Numbered from the stretch's first letter, positions 1 to 8,901 are shown. The stretch: 37,075 nt of DNA from Thermotogota bacterium (GCA_039679545.1 JBDKUT010000098.1:1-37075); one strand, 5' to 3'. Made by a program: numbers and translations. Notes: generated by a model not told the origin, from the letters alone.

Positions 1-150
1 CGTTGGGGTTCCGGCTTTCTGTTCGTGCGCGGGGCCCACGTCGCGGACGTGCTGCCCGATGGCCCGTCGCCTCATCCATCGCGCGTACGCACCGCAGGCG
101 AACACGCTCAGGATGGTCAGGGCAATCGATGTCGCAAGGACGGGGATCAT
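1..150 (-). CDS. mraY: Phospho-N-acetylmuramoyl-pentapeptide transferase, N-terminal part (runs off the window start)
   Basis: Not in the ORF track. Translated by hand from ATG at 150: MIPVLATSIALTILSVFACGAYARWMRRRAIGQHVRDVGPAHEQKAGTPT. The GQxxRxxGPxxHxxKxGTPT string is the MraY signature. ATGA overlap with the upstream gene's stop. Confidence 0.85.
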   Translation of the reverse strand, partial: MIPVLATSIALTILSVFACGAYARWMRRRAIGQHVRDVGPAHEQKAGTPT

Positions 151-1499
151 TCAGCTCCCGAAGCCCCGACCTCGCGCAGTTCGCCGTCCGTCTCAAGCAG
201 CTTGCGGCGCATCGCTGCGAGCGCCTTCTTGTTCTGCGCGCCGGACGCGGCCTCAACCAGTCGGAAGAGCTGGTAGGAGGTCACGAGGCAGTACCCGTGC
301 GCGCGGCACCCGCGCAACGCCTCCGCGACGAACTGGGTTGAGCGCCTCTTCGGGTCGAGCTCCCGGGATCCCGACACGACGAGAATCCCTTTGACCGGAT
401 CTTCTCCGTCGGCGATCCGCTTCTCCATCTCACGGTGAAGTCGACCGTACGCCGTGGCTCCGACCTTCGGCCCCTCGGACGCCTCCGCAGCCACCAGAGC
501 GTTCCCCTCGTCACTTTGAAGCGACACGAGGTCTCCGACGGCGTCCACATCGAACCCCAGCTCTACGAAGGCACGCGCCACCGCGCCGCCGAACAACGTT
601 CGGCCCTGCGCGTAGAGAAGGAGCTTCTGGCGCGTCTTCTCCTCCAGCCGCTTCGACACCTCTTCAACCTTCGCGACGAGCGCGTCGCGGCGCTCGACGA
701 GCCCGGCCAATTCATCGGCGAGAGCGTCCTCGCCGGGGAGCGAGTACGCCGGCAACCAATCGGGGACAGCAAGGAACTCAGGCCGCTCCCCCGATCGCGC
801 CACGGCGTGCGCGAGGACGTCGGCTTCTCGCGAGGCGGGAACCCCTTCGACAAGGGGGAGGAGGACCAACCGACCTTCGGAAACCGGAATCTCGAGGGCG
901 ATCGGATCCCCGACGCGGTTGCGCGCCAGCACGGAGGCGAAGCGCTCGACCGGCGTGGAGAGGAGATCCTGGTACACGGCCGAGTAACGAATCCGGCCGT
1001 CGAACTCGCGCAGGTAGTCCTCGAAGGGACTTCCCGAGCGCTCGAGGATCACGTCGCTTCCCCGGCGGGCAACGAAACGAGCGTTCGCAGGGAAGGCAAG
1101 CTGGTGGTGTCGATCGACGAGAGACACCGTGGGAAGCCAGCTGTACCTGTCGATCCGTTCCGCCGGAGTTCCCGCCGCCGCGATCTCCAACCCCTCTCCT
1201 CGGGGGTGCAAGCGCGTGACGAGGAGTCCGCCTCGCCGCTTCAGCAGGTCGTCCGCCTCCTCGCGCCGCTTCGCCATCCACCGTGTTAGCGTGCGGCCGA
1301 ACCCGCGGTCCTGCTCGGGATCAGTCCGTCGCGCTCCGTCGCCGGCGGGGGCCGTCGCGTCGATCCAGTGGCGGGGAATGCCAAACGGATCAACGAAAAC
1401 GGCGTCAAAGGACGAGAACGACGAAGAATCGAAGAACCCCTCTTGACGGACTTCGGGGTGGTCGAGAGGCCAGTCAACCGACAGGTACCGTGCATTCAT
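147..1499 (-). CDS. Hypothetical protein (~450 aa) with a central coiled coil and a C-terminal restriction-endonuclease-like (PD-(D/E)xK-type) domain, apparently degenerate
   Basis: Long ORF. ATG 1499 (MNARYLS...) is preferred because 1541-1575 is a terminator and TATGAT lies 9 nt upstream. Heptad-like segment LADELAGLVERRDALVAKVEEVSKRLEE, then F.ELGF.V...D and KGILVV motifs. Confidence 0.7.
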   Translation of the reverse strand: MNARYLSVDWPLDHPEVRQEGFFDSSSFSSFDAVFVDPFGIPRHWIDATAPAGDGARRTDPEQDRGFGRTLTRWMAKRREEADDLLKRRGGLLVTRLHPRGEGLEIAAAGTPAERIDRYSWLPTVSLVDRHHQLAFPANARFVARRGSDVILERSGSPFEDYLREFDGRIRYSAVYQDLLSTPVERFASVLARNRVGDPIALEIPVSEGRLVLLPLVEGVPASREADVLAHAVARSGERPEFLAVPDWLPAYSLPGEDALADELAGLVERRDALVAKVEEVSKRLEEKTRQKLLLYAQGRTLFGGAVARAFVELGFDVDAVGDLVSLQSDEGNALVAAEASEGPKVGATAYGRLHREMEKRIADGEDPVKGILVVSGSRELDPKRRSTQFVAEALRGCRAHGYCLVTSYQLFRLVEAASGAQNKKALAAMRRKLLETDGELREVGASGAE

Positions 1500-1540
1500 A
1501 CGGTCAAGATCATATCGTGCACGGAGCGGGAGGAGCAACT

Positions 1541-1575
1541 GAAAACGAAAGCGGGGCCGCACATTGCGGCCCCGC
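1541..1575 (-). terminator. Intrinsic terminator closing the ECF operon
   Basis: Perfect 11-bp stem GCGGGGCCGCA/TGCGGCCCCGC (1551-1575) with a 3-nt loop, followed on the minus strand by TTTCGTTTTC. Confidence 0.8.
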
Positions 1576-1598
1576 ACACATTCCAGACGAACGCTCGC

Positions 1599-3956
1599 CT
1601 ACCCTCCGAGTTCGGAGATCGACGGCCCCCAGAGAATGAACGACGGGTACGACACAGGGATGCCGATGCGGAAGTCCACCGACGGCGTCAGCGCGCCGCT
1701 GTAGCTCTTCGGCAACCCAAGGGCGAAAGGAGCCGCGGTCGGGTGGACCATCGCCGCGCGCAGGTAGACGAACGCTGGCGACGTCTCGAGCGTTCCGTTC
1801 CCGTCGGTATCGATCTTGAGGCTGAACCAGATGCTTGTCGATCCGGGGGCCGTGAACGTGTAGTCGACTGTTCCGGTCTGCAACATCCCCTCGAACATCA
1901 GGTTTTTCCCGGCCGAGGTCGGCTCCGGCACGAGGCCCATCGGGGCGACTCCGCCGCTCGCCACTTGGTTGACGGTCGAGAAACCACCGTCCGTTCGCAA
2001 CTCGATTCGGTAGCCGCGAGGCGCAGACCAACCGTTTCCGGCGTTAAGGGTGATGTGCCACGTGTCGGTTCCCCAAACGAAGAACCCGGGCGTCGCACCC
2101 ATCGCCGGCGCCCCGGAAGGCCCAGGACCGGGCCCCGGTACGGGCGGCGAAGACGACACCACGGTGATCATCTTCGTTACGGCGTTCTGCAGCCCACTCG
2201 AATCGGTGACGGTCAGCCGCACCGGCACCGTGCCGGAGTTCACGTACGTCACTTGCACGACGCCTCCCGACGCGTCGTTCGTTCCGTCACCGTTCAGATC
2301 CCACTGGTACGAGGCGATCGTCCCATCCGGGTCGTACGACGCACTCGCGTTGAGGGTGATCGGCTGGCCGGGCGTTGGCGACGCTGGCGCGTAGGTGAAC
2401 CCCGCGACAGGAGCTTGCGCCGGAGTTCCCACTTGCACAGACTGGGTCTGTGCGTTCGTCGCACCGTCATCGTCGGTGACCGTGAGGGTCACCGGGAAGA
2501 TCCCGGCGGCGCCGAACTGCTTGTAGACCACCAAGCCGGTCATGGTCGTGCCGTCCCCGAACGACCACTGGTAGGATGCGATGGACCCGTCGGAATCCGT
2601 CGACGCCGAGGCGTCGAACTGAACCCACTCCGACACGAGCGGCAACGTTGGCGAGTACAAGAACGCGGCGGCCGGCGGATTGTTCACCGAACCGGCCTGC
2701 ACGGGGTGCGTCTCCACGTCTTGAGCGCCCATGCCGTCCGTGACGGTGAGCGACACGGAGAAGATCCCCGCCGTGCTGAAGCGATGCCACACGACCGCCC
2801 CGCTCGCCGTGATCCCGTCGCCGAACGCCCACGCGTACGACGCGATCGTCCCGTCCGGATCGTAGGACGTCGACGCATCAAACCGCACCCAGCCGCCAAC
2901 GCTTGTCACGGCCGGATCCGCCGTGAACAGCGCCACAGGCTGCTGATTCGTGGGGCCGACCTGGATCGCTTCGCTGACCGGAGACGTCGCCCCGCCGTTG
3001 TCGGTGACGGTCAGGGTCGCTGTGTAGGCCCCGCCGGCGTTGTACCGGTGCCAGACGACCGGTCCGGTTCCCGTCGCTCCATCGCCAAACGTCCACGCGT
3101 AGGACGCGATCGTTCCGTCGGGGTCGAAGGACGCCGACGCATCGAACTGCACCCATTCATTGACGTTCGGAAGCGCCGGGGCGTACGTGAACGCCGGGAC
3201 CGGGTTCTGGTTCGGGGGCGTCACGGCCACGAGCGTGACGCTGATCATCCTCGTCTTACCCGCGATGACGAACACCGCGCTGCGCCACGCCCCATACCCC
3301 GCCTTGGAGATCTCGATCTCGTGGAATCCTTGGCCGACGTAGACGACGCGCGGCGTATATCCCGAGTACGCGCCGTCGATAGCGATCGTCGCACCGGAGG
3401 GAATGGAGCGAATGTCGAGGGTTCCATAGCTCGGCGCGGTGCCCGAGATGATCTCGAAGCTCGTGAAGTTCCAGGTGCGCTCGCTCACGGGGAGAATTCC
3501 GAGGATCTGGACTTCAACCTGGGCCTGGAACGACTCGGGGTCGGGCGAGAAGTACGCGAACGGATCGACCGGCGACGTCGTCGCCAGGATCTGCAGGTAC
3601 TCCGTGCCGAGCGGCGGCGCCACCTTCCAGGTTCCGGGAACGATGTATTCGCCCGCCGCCACGTAGTTCTCCGAGCCTCCCGGGAACGCGTTCGGGAAAA
3701 TCTGGTTCGCTTGGCCGTCTGGAGTGATGTCCCAGATGTAGACATACGCCGCTTGGTTGACGCTGTAGTGAATGGTGATCGGCTCACCGACCGCGTACGC
3801 GCCGCGATCGACCCAGATTCGGACCTCAAGGTCCGTCGACTCCGGAGGAGTCGGAATGATCCCCTTCGGGGCAACGCCCTGCGCCCATCCCACCGCGCCG
3901 ACGAGCGCGACGAGAAGGGTGAGCGCAACTCCAACCCGCCATGTCCCCTTCTTCAT
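1599..3956 (-). CDS. Secreted/surface protein: signal peptide, DUF4384-like domain, PEGA domain, four PKD domains, Pro/Gly linker, unknown C-terminal domain (~785 aa)
   Basis: AGGAGG before ATG 3956; signal peptide MKKGTWRVGVALTLLVALVGAVGWA; WVDRGAYAVGEPITI..YVYIWDITPDG (DUF4384-like); GTLDIRSIPSGATIAIDG..G.TP (PEGA); four repeats of (F/L)(D/N)AS.S.D.DG.IASY.W...TLTVTD (PKD). Confidence 0.85.
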   Translation of the reverse strand: MKKGTWRVGVALTLLVALVGAVGWAQGVAPKGIIPTPPESTDLEVRIWVDRGAYAVGEPITIHYSVNQAAYVYIWDITPDGQANQIFPNAFPGGSENYVAAGEYIVPGTWKVAPPLGTEYLQILATTSPVDPFAYFSPDPESFQAQVEVQILGILPVSERTWNFTSFEIISGTAPSYGTLDIRSIPSGATIAIDGAYSGYTPRVVYVGQGFHEIEISKAGYGAWRSAVFVIAGKTRMISVTLVAVTPPNQNPVPAFTYAPALPNVNEWVQFDASASFDPDGTIASYAWTFGDGATGTGPVVWHRYNAGGAYTATLTVTDNGGATSPVSEAIQVGPTNQQPVALFTADPAVTSVGGWVRFDASTSYDPDGTIASYAWAFGDGITASGAVVWHRFSTAGIFSVSLTVTDGMGAQDVETHPVQAGSVNNPPAAAFLYSPTLPLVSEWVQFDASASTDSDGSIASYQWSFGDGTTMTGLVVYKQFGAAGIFPVTLTVTDDDGATNAQTQSVQVGTPAQAPVAGFTYAPASPTPGQPITLNASASYDPDGTIASYQWDLNGDGTNDASGGVVQVTYVNSGTVPVRLTVTDSSGLQNAVTKMITVVSSSPPVPGPGPGPSGAPAMGATPGFFVWGTDTWHITLNAGNGWSAPRGYRIELRTDGGFSTVNQVASGGVAPMGLVPEPTSAGKNLMFEGMLQTGTVDYTFTAPGSTSIWFSLKIDTDGNGTLETSPAFVYLRAAMVHPTAAPFALGLPKSYSGALTPSVDFRIGIPVSYPSFILWGPSISELGG

Positions 3957-4000
3957 GTCTCCTCCTTGAGGCGATTCCGTCCGACTTCGCTTTTCAGAAC

Positions 4001-4696
4001 TCAATTCAACGCAGCAAGCACGGCCCGTGTCAAATCCTCCGGACCGATGCGACTGAGGACGAGGTCCACGTCCCCAAGGGCAAGCACCGAGCCGCGAAGC
4101 ATCGTGAGCCGGGCCTCGACGTTCTGGTCGATCAGGTTTCCGTCGTGTGGACTTCCACCGCTCTCGAGGTAGTCGCCGAGGGCGTCGCCGAGCTGGCTCA
4201 GCAGGGCATCGAAGCGAGCCGCCGGCAGAGCGGAAGCTCCTGAACTGGTCGGCGTCCCAGCCGAGGCGCGGAAAATCCCTTTAGCGTAGAGCAGGTCGCG
4301 CGCTTCGATCAGGATCCTAAGACGCTGCTGCAGGAGTTGGTTCAGTGGGGAGAGGGATACCCCTCGCGCCAGGCCCTCGAACGCCTTGTTGAGCAGCCCG
4401 TCCACAGGAATCCCTTCCTCGAGGGCCGCGACGATCGTGAGAATCACGACCTCCTTGTCGGCGGCCGCGGTGGGAACCGCAAGCAAGCGCTCGAACAGAC
4501 GCTGCACCTCGGCGGCGGGGAATCCCTCCTGTCTCAGGGCTCGATCCAGTGTCGACAGGATTCGCCCGTCGGCGGTCACGGGAATCGCAGAGAGAACCCG
4601 CTGGAAGTCGGCGAGAACGACCTGTGCGCCCCCACCTGCAGCAAAGGCAAGAACGACGCCGACGACCCCCAGAAGACCGACGAGCCGACGCATCAT
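4001..4696 (-). CDS. Secreted hypothetical protein, predicted mostly helical (~231 aa)
   Basis: ATG 4696 overlaps the upstream stop (ATGA). Signal-peptide-like MMRRLVGLLGVVGVVLAFAAGGGA. No family recognised. Confidence 0.7.
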   Translation of the reverse strand: MMRRLVGLLGVVGVVLAFAAGGGAQVVLADFQRVLSAIPVTADGRILSTLDRALRQEGFPAAEVQRLFERLLAVPTAAADKEVVILTIVAALEEGIPVDGLLNKAFEGLARGVSLSPLNQLLQQRLRILIEARDLLYAKGIFRASAGTPTSSGASALPAARFDALLSQLGDALGDYLESGGSPHDGNLIDQNVEARLTMLRGSVLALGDVDLVLSRIGPEDLTRAVLAALN

Positions 4697-5277
4697 ACGC
4701 CGTCGCCTCCTCCACCCACGTAGCGAACCGAGCTGTACTCGCCGAAGCTGCGGACATACTCGTCGGCCAGCGGATCCTGGCCCCACCAGCGCCCGTCGAT
4801 GACGAACGCATACTCGTAGCGTCCGGGGGGCACGGAAACCCTTGCCGTCCAGATCCCGTCCCCGTCTTCATCGGACAACGGCGTGGGCTCCCAATCGTTG
4901 AAGCTGCCGACAACCGACACGTTCTCGGCGTTCATCGCGGGGAGGACAAACAGAAGTTCGTTCTCCGCCGTCGACCGCAGCATGGCCCCGCGGGATTCAG
5001 CCTTCGGTCCACCGAAGAGAGGAAGGTCCTTCCCGACAAGCGCGCCGACGATCAGGAATGCGGCCGCCGTCGCGGCGACCACAGCCACCTGACCGAAGCG
5101 ACCGGCCCGCGTTGGGGCAATCAGCTGTTTCAGGCCGCCCAACCATCCCAACCGCGGAGCGCGATCCCCCAAGTCCTCGACGACCCGCTGTTCGAGTCCG
5201 TCGAGACGCCCGGCCTCCGCCGAGGCCTCTTCCCGCAACGTCTCCCGCAACAGCATTTCGAGAGGATCAGTGTTCAC
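4693..5277 (-). CDS. Probable anti-sigma factor: N-terminal cytoplasmic segment, one TM helix, C-terminal CBM48/AMPK-beta-like glycogen-binding domain
   Basis: GTGA overlap with the ECF gene. TM segment VAVVAATAAAFLIVGALVG. The segment VSVVGSFNDWEP..L....DGIWTARVSVPPGRYEYAFVIDGRWW..DP is typical of the E-set/CBM48 family. Confidence 0.8.
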   Translation of the reverse strand: MNTDPLEMLLRETLREEASAEAGRLDGLEQRVVEDLGDRAPRLGWLGGLKQLIAPTRAGRFGQVAVVAATAAAFLIVGALVGKDLPLFGGPKAESRGAMLRSTAENELLFVLPAMNAENVSVVGSFNDWEPTPLSDEDGDGIWTARVSVPPGRYEYAFVIDGRWWGQDPLADEYVRSFGEYSSVRYVGGGGDGV

Positions 5278-5822
5278 GATGAATCACGCTCCTCTCCCAC
5301 GAACTCTCTCAACATGGCCTTCCCCCGATGAATCCGAGTCTTGACCGTTCCCTCGGGAATGTTCAGGATGTCCCCGATCTCGCGGTATGACAAGTCGTTG
5401 TAGAACCGCAGCACAAGCGGAGCCCGATACGCATACGGCAAGCGCTGCAGCGCCTCGCGAATGCGGACATGCCGCTCCTCCCGAGCGACCTCGCGCGCCG
5501 GGTCTGTGCCTCCCCCCGAGTCCGTCTCGAGTTCGAACACGGGATGGGTTCTTCGGTAGCGGAGCCGGTTCCGACACAGGTTCGCCGCGATCGTGAAGAC
5601 CCACGTCGAGAACCGTTTGTCGAGCCGATACCGACGCAGGTTCACGTACGCTCGGATGAATGCGTCGTGCGTGATGTCCTCCGCGTCGGCCCGATTCCGG
5701 AGAAACCCGAGGCAGAGACCGAACACGGCATCCTTGTACCGAGTCACGATCTCTCCCCATGCGGCGGTCTCTCCCTGCAGCGAAGCGCGCAACAGAGTCA
5801 CCTCGTCCTGCATCCGATACAC
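5274..5822 (-). CDS. ECF RNA polymerase sigma factor (SigW/RpoE-like)
   Basis: Region 2 DAEDITHDAFIRAY...FSTWVFTIAANLCRN and region 4 LSYREIGDILNIPEGTVKTRIHRG. Start uncertain (GTG 5822 or ATG 5813; ORF track gives TTG 5849). GAGGAGG at about 5834-5840. Confidence 0.92.
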   Translation of the reverse strand: MYRMQDEVTLLRASLQGETAAWGEIVTRYKDAVFGLCLGFLRNRADAEDITHDAFIRAYVNLRRYRLDKRFSTWVFTIAANLCRNRLRYRRTHPVFELETDSGGGTDPAREVAREERHVRIREALQRLPYAYRAPLVLRFYNDLSYREIGDILNIPEGTVKTRIHRGKAMLREFVGEERDSS

Positions 5823-5849
5823 GGGTCCGGTGGCCTCCTCGGTGCTCAA

Positions 5850-5877
5850 TATACACGGCGCGCCCTCGTTCGTTTCC
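5850..5877 (-). promoter_or_regulatory. Candidate ECF-type autoregulatory promoter
   Basis: The minus strand reads GGAAAC-N14-CGTGTATA just upstream of the sigma gene's SD, resembling the GAAAC...CGT(A) pattern of SigW-type promoters. The spacing is imperfect. Confidence 0.4.
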
Positions 5878-6033
5878 CCCCGACATCGATCACCTCCGCT
5901 CGGGACGAACCCCCCGGCCCTTCCGTCCTCGCGTCCAGGGGCGGCAAGCGAACGCAGAAGTAGACTTCGTCGGAGGTGTCACGCTGGGGTTCTGGCGACG
6001 AGGGATACGACAACTCCTGAGGAGGTCGACACG

Positions 6034-7344
6034 ATGTCTGGAAACAAGAGCGCAGCCCAACGCGACCTGAAGAGATTTGTGATGGTCGTTGGTCTGATGA
6101 CGATCCTGACCGTAGGGCTTACAGCGTGCCGGGGGTTCTTCGGACAGGGACCGATCGCCTTTCTCGTGGTAGACACGGGAGGCGATACCGAGGTTCCCGT
6201 CACGGTGACGTTCGACCTAAGCGGGTCGAGCGACCCCGATGGAACCATCGTCAGCTACGAGTTGGATGCAGATGATGGAACCGTCTACAACGGAACCGAT
6301 ATCACGGTTCCGATCCAACATCCCTACACACACGCCGGAACGTACATCGTGAGCCTGACCGTCACTGACAACGACGGGCGAATCGGCATGGACCTAGTGA
6401 CCGTGGTCATCGGCCCGGCCATGATCGCCTTCGCGTCGAATCGGTCCGGCCAGTACGACATCTATCGAATGCAGGCCGACGGATCCGATGAAGGTGCCGT
6501 GAACGTGACCGACGACGACGAACTCTTCCCCGATCTCGTGGGCGGCACGCGCGGGGAGATCGCGTACACGGCGGAAGACAACGTGAGCTGGAACATTTGG
6601 ACGATGGACGTCTCCGGTGGAAGTCTTTCTCCGTTGACCAGCCAAACCGCGTCAAATCAAATCCAACCGTCGTGGTCCCACGACGGAACCCAGATCGCCT
6701 ACGCGTCGAACGACACACAGACTCCCTCTACAACGACGTGGGAGATCTACATCATGGACGTCGACGGCACGAACGTCGAGCAGATCACCGAACAGTCTCC
6801 AAGCTGGGCGATCGCTCCGGCGTGCTCGCCGGTGAATGACGACGTCGTCTTCGTCTCGGATGCGGACTCAACCGGGGACAGTTCCGTGTGGCTCCTCCAC
6901 GACGGAGCGGCCGAAGAGGTTTACGACCCCGGCGCGGGCGAGCGAGCGGGAGATGCCTCGCCGGCCGTGACGATCGCCAGCGTTGATCTCCGCCTGCCGG
7001 CCGGTGCCGGCATCTCGCGGCCGTCGTGGTCTCCGGACGGCACCCTGATCGCGATCTCGGTGTCCGACGGGGCAGAGACCGACCTCTGGGTCGTCGATCC
7101 GTACGGAACGTACGCCGAACTGCTCGAGGACTACATCGACGAGACGTACGGGGTAACCGCCACGAATGTCAACACCGACGACAACGAGTTCAGCCCGTAC
7201 TGGCTTGAGGATGGAACCGGAATCGCCTTCGTGAGCGATCGCGATGGGGACTACCAGATCTACCGCGTCACCTTGGCAACCGGCGTGGTCACGACCCTGA
7301 CCGAGACGGCCGACAACATCCTTCCAGCGTCGGAAAAACCGTAA
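6034..7344 (+). CDS. Lipoprotein with a PKD domain and a TolB-like (PD40) beta-propeller (~436 aa)
   Basis: GAGGAGG before ATG 6034; lipobox LTA-C; PKD motif FDLSGSSDPDGTIVSY...VSLTVTDNDG; PD40-type repeats IAFASNRSG.YDIY, PSWSHDGTQIAY, PSWSPDGTLIA, IAFVSDRDG.YQIY. Confidence 0.85.
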   Translation: MSGNKSAAQRDLKRFVMVVGLMTILTVGLTACRGFFGQGPIAFLVVDTGGDTEVPVTVTFDLSGSSDPDGTIVSYELDADDGTVYNGTDITVPIQHPYTHAGTYIVSLTVTDNDGRIGMDLVTVVIGPAMIAFASNRSGQYDIYRMQADGSDEGAVNVTDDDELFPDLVGGTRGEIAYTAEDNVSWNIWTMDVSGGSLSPLTSQTASNQIQPSWSHDGTQIAYASNDTQTPSTTTWEIYIMDVDGTNVEQITEQSPSWAIAPACSPVNDDVVFVSDADSTGDSSVWLLHDGAAEEVYDPGAGERAGDASPAVTIASVDLRLPAGAGISRPSWSPDGTLIAISVSDGAETDLWVVDPYGTYAELLEDYIDETYGVTATNVNTDDNEFSPYWLEDGTGIAFVSDRDGDYQIYRVTLATGVVTTLTETADNILPASEKP

Positions 7345-7380
7345 GCCGAACAGCAGGCCCACGACCTCCTAGGGGCTGCG

Positions 7381-7407
7381 GGGGAGTGAGACTCGGTCTC
7401 ACTCCCC
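7381..7407. terminator. Hairpin between convergent genes, overlapping the lnt stop codon
   Basis: Perfect 12-bp stem GGGGAGTGAGAC-TCG-GTCTCACTCCCC. Confidence 0.6.
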
Positions 7408-8868
7408 TTCACTTTTGCGTGATTGTCGAACGAGAAGAGCGACCGCCGCGGCGATCCCCAGAACGGCAAGGATCGGAAGGTCGCCGAGCCTCGCGTAGAC
7501 CGTCACATCGCTCCGATGGTAGACGTCGCCGCTCAAGATTTCCTCTGCGCTCGTCGCCCGCGCGACACGGCCATCCGGAGCGACAATCCCGGAGATCCCT
7601 CCGTTCGCGGCCTGGATGAACCAGCGGCGGTTCTCCACCGCGCGGAACACGCCGAACGCAAAGTGCGTAGGGAGTTCCGAGCTTCCAACGAACCACGCGT
7701 CGTTCGTCACTGTGACGAGGAGGGTCGCTCCGCCCCGGACGAGGTCCCTCGACCCCGCGGCAAACGTCGACTCGAAGCAGATCGGCGTTCCCATGCCGCC
7801 GATCGGGCGGACGTCTGTTCCGGGCGTCAGATCCATCGGCAGGAGGGAACTCATGAGCCCGCCGAGTCCGAGGGCCTCCCAGATGGAGCGACCCGGGACA
7901 AACTCGCCGAAGGGCACTGGGCGGAGCATGTCGTAGACGCCGGCGACCGCCCCCGTCGGGTCCACGAGCACGGCGCTGTTGTAGACGCGGCCGTCCCGCC
8001 AGTTGCCTGTACCGAACAGGATGAACGTCTCGCCTCGGCGAGCCAGGTCGGCGAACCGATCGAAGACGTCGGGAGATTGAAGGATGTAGGATGGAAGGAA
8101 CGACTCCGGGAAGGCCACGAGGTCGGGCTCCCCGGCAATCGCCTCGTTGCCGAGCCGTAGGTAGCGGTCCGCGAGCGCCGGGACGTTTCGCGAGTTGAGC
8201 CTCGCCTCCTGCGCGACCGTCGAGGCCACAACGGCGACGCGCTCAGCGGGGGACGAATCCGGCGAGATCGGGGCGAGGGCGGGAAGGGCGAGCACGGCCA
8301 ACCCCACGGCGACTGCGACCAGGTGCGCCGGACGGCGCTCTCGCAGGAACAGGTACAGGCCTGCGTTGCACAGAACGATGCACGCGGTGATCGCGAGAGG
8401 GCCGGCGTAGGCAGCAAGCTGGACGAGGACCGGCGTGTGGTAAAGGGCCAAGTGAAGGGCCGAGAAGCCAATCCCGAGGGGACCGAGGCTTCGCAAGAAC
8501 TCGAGGAGCGTCATCGCCGCCGTCGCTACGATCAGAAAGGCGACGGGGCCACGCCGGCGGCGTACCCACGAGAGAAGAATGCCGGCCACGCCGACCGGAA
8601 CAGCCAGGTAGGCGACGAGCAGCACGTACCCCAGAGCAATGAGCGGTGTGAAGCGGTACAGCGTCAAAACCCAACGGAAGTCGAGGGCGAACAGCACCGC
8701 CGCGAAGAGGAAGCTACTCCGAAACCCGTGCCGCTCCTCAAGGGCCCAGAACCAAGGGACGAGCGCAACAAAGACAAGAGGACCAGCGCCGAGCCCCGGC
8801 AGAGCCAGCGCGGCCAACACGCCGGACGCCACGGGCAGGAGCGCTTTGCCGATCCGTCGGAACGCCAT
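7399..8868 (-). CDS. lnt: Apolipoprotein N-acyltransferase
   Basis: Multi-TM N-terminus plus nitrilase-type domain: FPES, YNSA, VPFGEF, ICFES, TNDAWF, RAVENRR, ANGGISG. The catalytic Lys position reads Met. Confidence 0.9.
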   Translation of the reverse strand: MAFRRIGKALLPVASGVLAALALPGLGAGPLVFVALVPWFWALEERHGFRSSFLFAAVLFALDFRWVLTLYRFTPLIALGYVLLVAYLAVPVGVAGILLSWVRRRRGPVAFLIVATAAMTLLEFLRSLGPLGIGFSALHLALYHTPVLVQLAAYAGPLAITACIVLCNAGLYLFLRERRPAHLVAVAVGLAVLALPALAPISPDSSPAERVAVVASTVAQEARLNSRNVPALADRYLRLGNEAIAGEPDLVAFPESFLPSYILQSPDVFDRFADLARRGETFILFGTGNWRDGRVYNSAVLVDPTGAVAGVYDMLRPVPFGEFVPGRSIWEALGLGGLMSSLLPMDLTPGTDVRPIGGMGTPICFESTFAAGSRDLVRGGATLLVTVTNDAWFVGSSELPTHFAFGVFRAVENRRWFIQAANGGISGIVAPDGRVARATSAEEILSGDVYHRSDVTVYARLGDLPILAVLGIAAAVALLVRQSRKSEGE

Positions 8869-8882
8869 ATACTTCGATCATA
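8868..8882. promoter_or_regulatory. Compact bidirectional promoter for lnt/lgt
   Basis: Only 33 bp separate the divergent ATGs. TATACT (+, 8868-8873) and TATGAT (-, 8882-8877) are adjacent. Confidence 0.5.
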
Positions 8883-8901
8883 CCGGAGAGAGGGGGAGAC
8901 G

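Noticed and set aside
2160..3220. DNA-level repeats within the PKD gene as a CRISPR or DGR-like array
   Set aside because: They are diverged coding repeats of PKD domains. There are no spacers, cas genes or reverse transcriptase.
1368..4172. 934-aa plus-strand ORF
   Set aside because: Antisense shadow of the PKD gene. Arg-rich with no motifs, as expected in high-GC DNA.
5593..6033. N-terminal extensions in the ORF track (also 8323-8901, 10828-10965, 35261-35458)
   Set aside because: They overlap genes or promoters on the other strand. SD-supported internal starts fit the protein families better.
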